A stretch of DNA of 64,000 nucleotides, taken from an uncultured Methanosarcinales archaeon. Lineage in GTDB: Archaea; Nanobdellota; Nanobdellia; Woesearchaeales; ARS49. A program made the translations under genes and the position numbers. This document shows positions 60,501 to 63,500 of the stretch, piece after piece. The DNA lies in assembly GCA_964637115.1 (NCBI GenBank), contig CAZWVL010000001.1, positions 127,340 to 191,339 on the forward strand, in the 5' to 3' direction. Numbering within the stretch: the stretch's first letter is position 1; each line of letters starts with the position of its first letter. The notes below the pieces were generated by a model. It was not told the DNA's origin. It saw nothing but the letters and a program-made list of their open reading frames with translations, and did not search any database.

Positions 60501-63500
60501 GAGCGCTTGACTTCCAGTAATGGACGACCTGAACTTTACTGCAGCAGATCTTTCAGGAGCAGTTGGAGGCTTGTCAAGAGCTTCTACTTTGCCATCTTCC
60601 GCTTGAGCATCTTCAGGACCGCGGCAGGTCTGCAAACAACCAAGATCTGCAGCATCGCACTTTGCCACACACTCCATAACTGGTGCATTTCCTGCACACG
60701 TTTCGCTCGCGAACTTCTTAAAGTCAGGAAGAACTTTCATCAAAGCGCCATTTTCACGAGCTGAAGATTCCTGCTCTCCCTTGAACTGCAACGCTGCAGC
60801 AATTCCATCCCGCACGCACTTTGCAGCCTTCGGCTTCACGCAACAGCACTCCTTTGGCTTAGGTCCGCCGCCACCAGGACCCTCCGCGCACTTGTCATTA
60901 GGCACGCAAGTAGGCTCTTCATAGAAGTTTTTATCACATTCCTTCTTGCAATTATCAGAAAACTTACCATTCTCACATTCGTTCTTGAACTGCTTCATGA
61001 AAGGAAGCTCAACTCCCTTTGGCGGCTTTGCCCCGAAAAGTGAAGTCTTCTTTCTCTTGCACTGGCAGCACTCTTTCTCTGCCAATTTACATTTTGGATG
61101 ACCAGATTCAACAATCTCAGCAGTGCCTCCAACACACCACGCTGCAATACCTGCATCCGCCATTGCTTTTTGCGTTTTGCAAGTTGCCTCGTCCAACGGA
61201 TCAAAGAAGAATATAGTCTTTTTATCCTTCTCGCAATAAACGCAGCAAGGCTTCTCAGGTATAGGAGTCTCACAAGGAGTTAGAGTTGGGCATGGCACCT
61301 TCGTCGGACAGGGCTTTTTCTTCTTTTTACAATTTGGATCTTCAGGGGTAGTGATTACGGGAGTTTCACCTGGCTTGCACGGTGAGGCTTGCGAGCCTTT
61401 GCATTTCGCAATCGGCGCGTCTGGAACTGGAACCCAAGTGACTTTTTTATTTTTCGTACAATAAATACAGCATCTTCCACCCGGTGTTGATGTTGGTGTT
61501 GGCGTTGGAGTATCTCCAGTCACAGTAGTAGGTGGAGGCGGCGGAGGCGGAGGTGGCTGCTGTGGAGGAGGAGGCGGAGGAGGTGGAGGCGGAGGTGGCG
61601 GGCACTCATCAGATGGAGTAGGACAAGGGCACTCTTTTGAAGTTGAAGTACTTGATCCTCCTGATGATCCGGCGCCGGGAATGTTAGGACCTGAAGCCAC
61701 ATTAGGACCTGTTGGCGGCATCGGGCCTTGCGACGGTCCCTCAAATTCTAATCCAAACATTCCACTGATTAAAGCGCCAGTTGTTTTGGAAACTTCAGGA
61801 GGAAGGCACTCAAAACTTCTAGGACTTGCGTCCCTCAATGTAAACGCGTCACGCTCGCTCGTCTCATCGCACATTAAGTCGTCACATTTTGGACCGTTTG
61901 CATAACTGGCACGGCGTTCCCTCGGTTCAAAGCACGTCGATTCATTACGAAGATACGCCACGTTCAAATCAGGTCTGACTTGTGCCAAATCAATGCTTGG
62001 AATCACCTGCTGCTTTCTAATCGGCGTATCGGCAGCATAAATAATTCCATTAACGTGAATGCTGGTCTTGTCAACAGCACCCTTAGCATCACCAACATTC
62101 AAATAATCAGTATCAGCAATCTTGACACCAGCGCCATCCCATCTGAACAATGCAACAGTGTTAACATCAATCTTAGCGTTTAAAGGAATGCTGCCATTGA
62201 AAATCTCTCTCATCACAGAAACATTACTTCCGGACTTGTTCGTAAGTGCAGCATCAGCATTATCATCATACATTTTCTCATACGCAGCGGCATCAACAGC
62301 AATCACATAATGTCCTTTTGGACCCAACACGCTGCCATTCGGGAATGCTGCAATCCAATAACCATCAGCAAGCGCGGCAGGGGAAATCGTTTGAGTCTTG
62401 TTGATAGAAATCAAGTAGTAGGAATAATTCACGGGAGACTGAGAAATGTTAGTGCTATTCGGCTTATTGGTAATGTAATAATCGTGAAGGTTAACTGGCT
62501 CGCTTCCAGGGTTGAAAATTTCGACAAAGGCAGAAGCCTTCAAATCCTGAAGACGCGCTTCAAGCTCTTCAGCAGAAACCCGCTTAGTCGCTTCAAATGT
62601 TGCAAGACCAACACGGGGCAGTGACCTGACTCCCAGCGCATTATGCACGACAGCCTGGCCAACACTAAGTCCTGCACCAGCGCCGCCGCCCAACCCTGCA
62701 TGAGTTGCAATAATGTCAAACGTGTTTAGGAGAAGAACACTTTTATCGACGACATCTTCAAACGACTTGAGTTGAGACAAGTTAACTGACTGGCCTTCAA
62801 TAAGCATAACACCGAAAACTGCTGCAATGATAAGCATTGCCACAAAGCCTTTCTTTCCCTTCTTGCGCGACATGAAATAAAGCATTACGAGCAGCAATAT
62901 CAGCGCCAAAATCCACGGCCATAGAGACGAATCAGCTTCCTTAATGGATGAAGGAAGTTCAACAGACGGCGCTGCACCTACAAAAAGCGGAGGAGAAATC
63001 TGGCTGATGATAATTCCATCGTGAGGTTCATCCGGCATTTCTGGCCGAGCAGCAGGCGGCTGTGCTGGGAACTCTTCTGCAGGAACTTCGCACGCTTTTA
63101 TGCAATCCAACATTTCCTGCGGTTGATCCTTGCACTCTTCCATCGCACGAGCTTTAGCATCAGCACCACTTGTTGCGTCACCAAGCGCACGATCAACACA
63201 ACTGGACGGAGAAGCTTTACACTTTCGCATGCAACCAAGATCAATCGGATCGCAAACAGCCACACAAGAAAGAACATTTTCCTGGCCAGCGCATGATTCT
63301 TCGACAAACTTCTTAGCATCCATCGTGATTTTAACAGAACCGCCAGCCTCTGCCTCACCCTTAACTTTCAACATCGCGTTAATGCCTTCACCAACACACA
63401 CGGCAGGCGAGTCTCCTGATTGATCAGATGAACTTTCAGTCGGAACAACTGGAGGCCGATCAAGAGTTGGCTTGCGAGCACGCTTCTTACAATCCTGCGC

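Noticed and set aside
58110-61600. Poly-proline tracts as a separate feature
   Set aside because: They are ordinary linkers following the lamin-tail-like domains in units 1 and 2.
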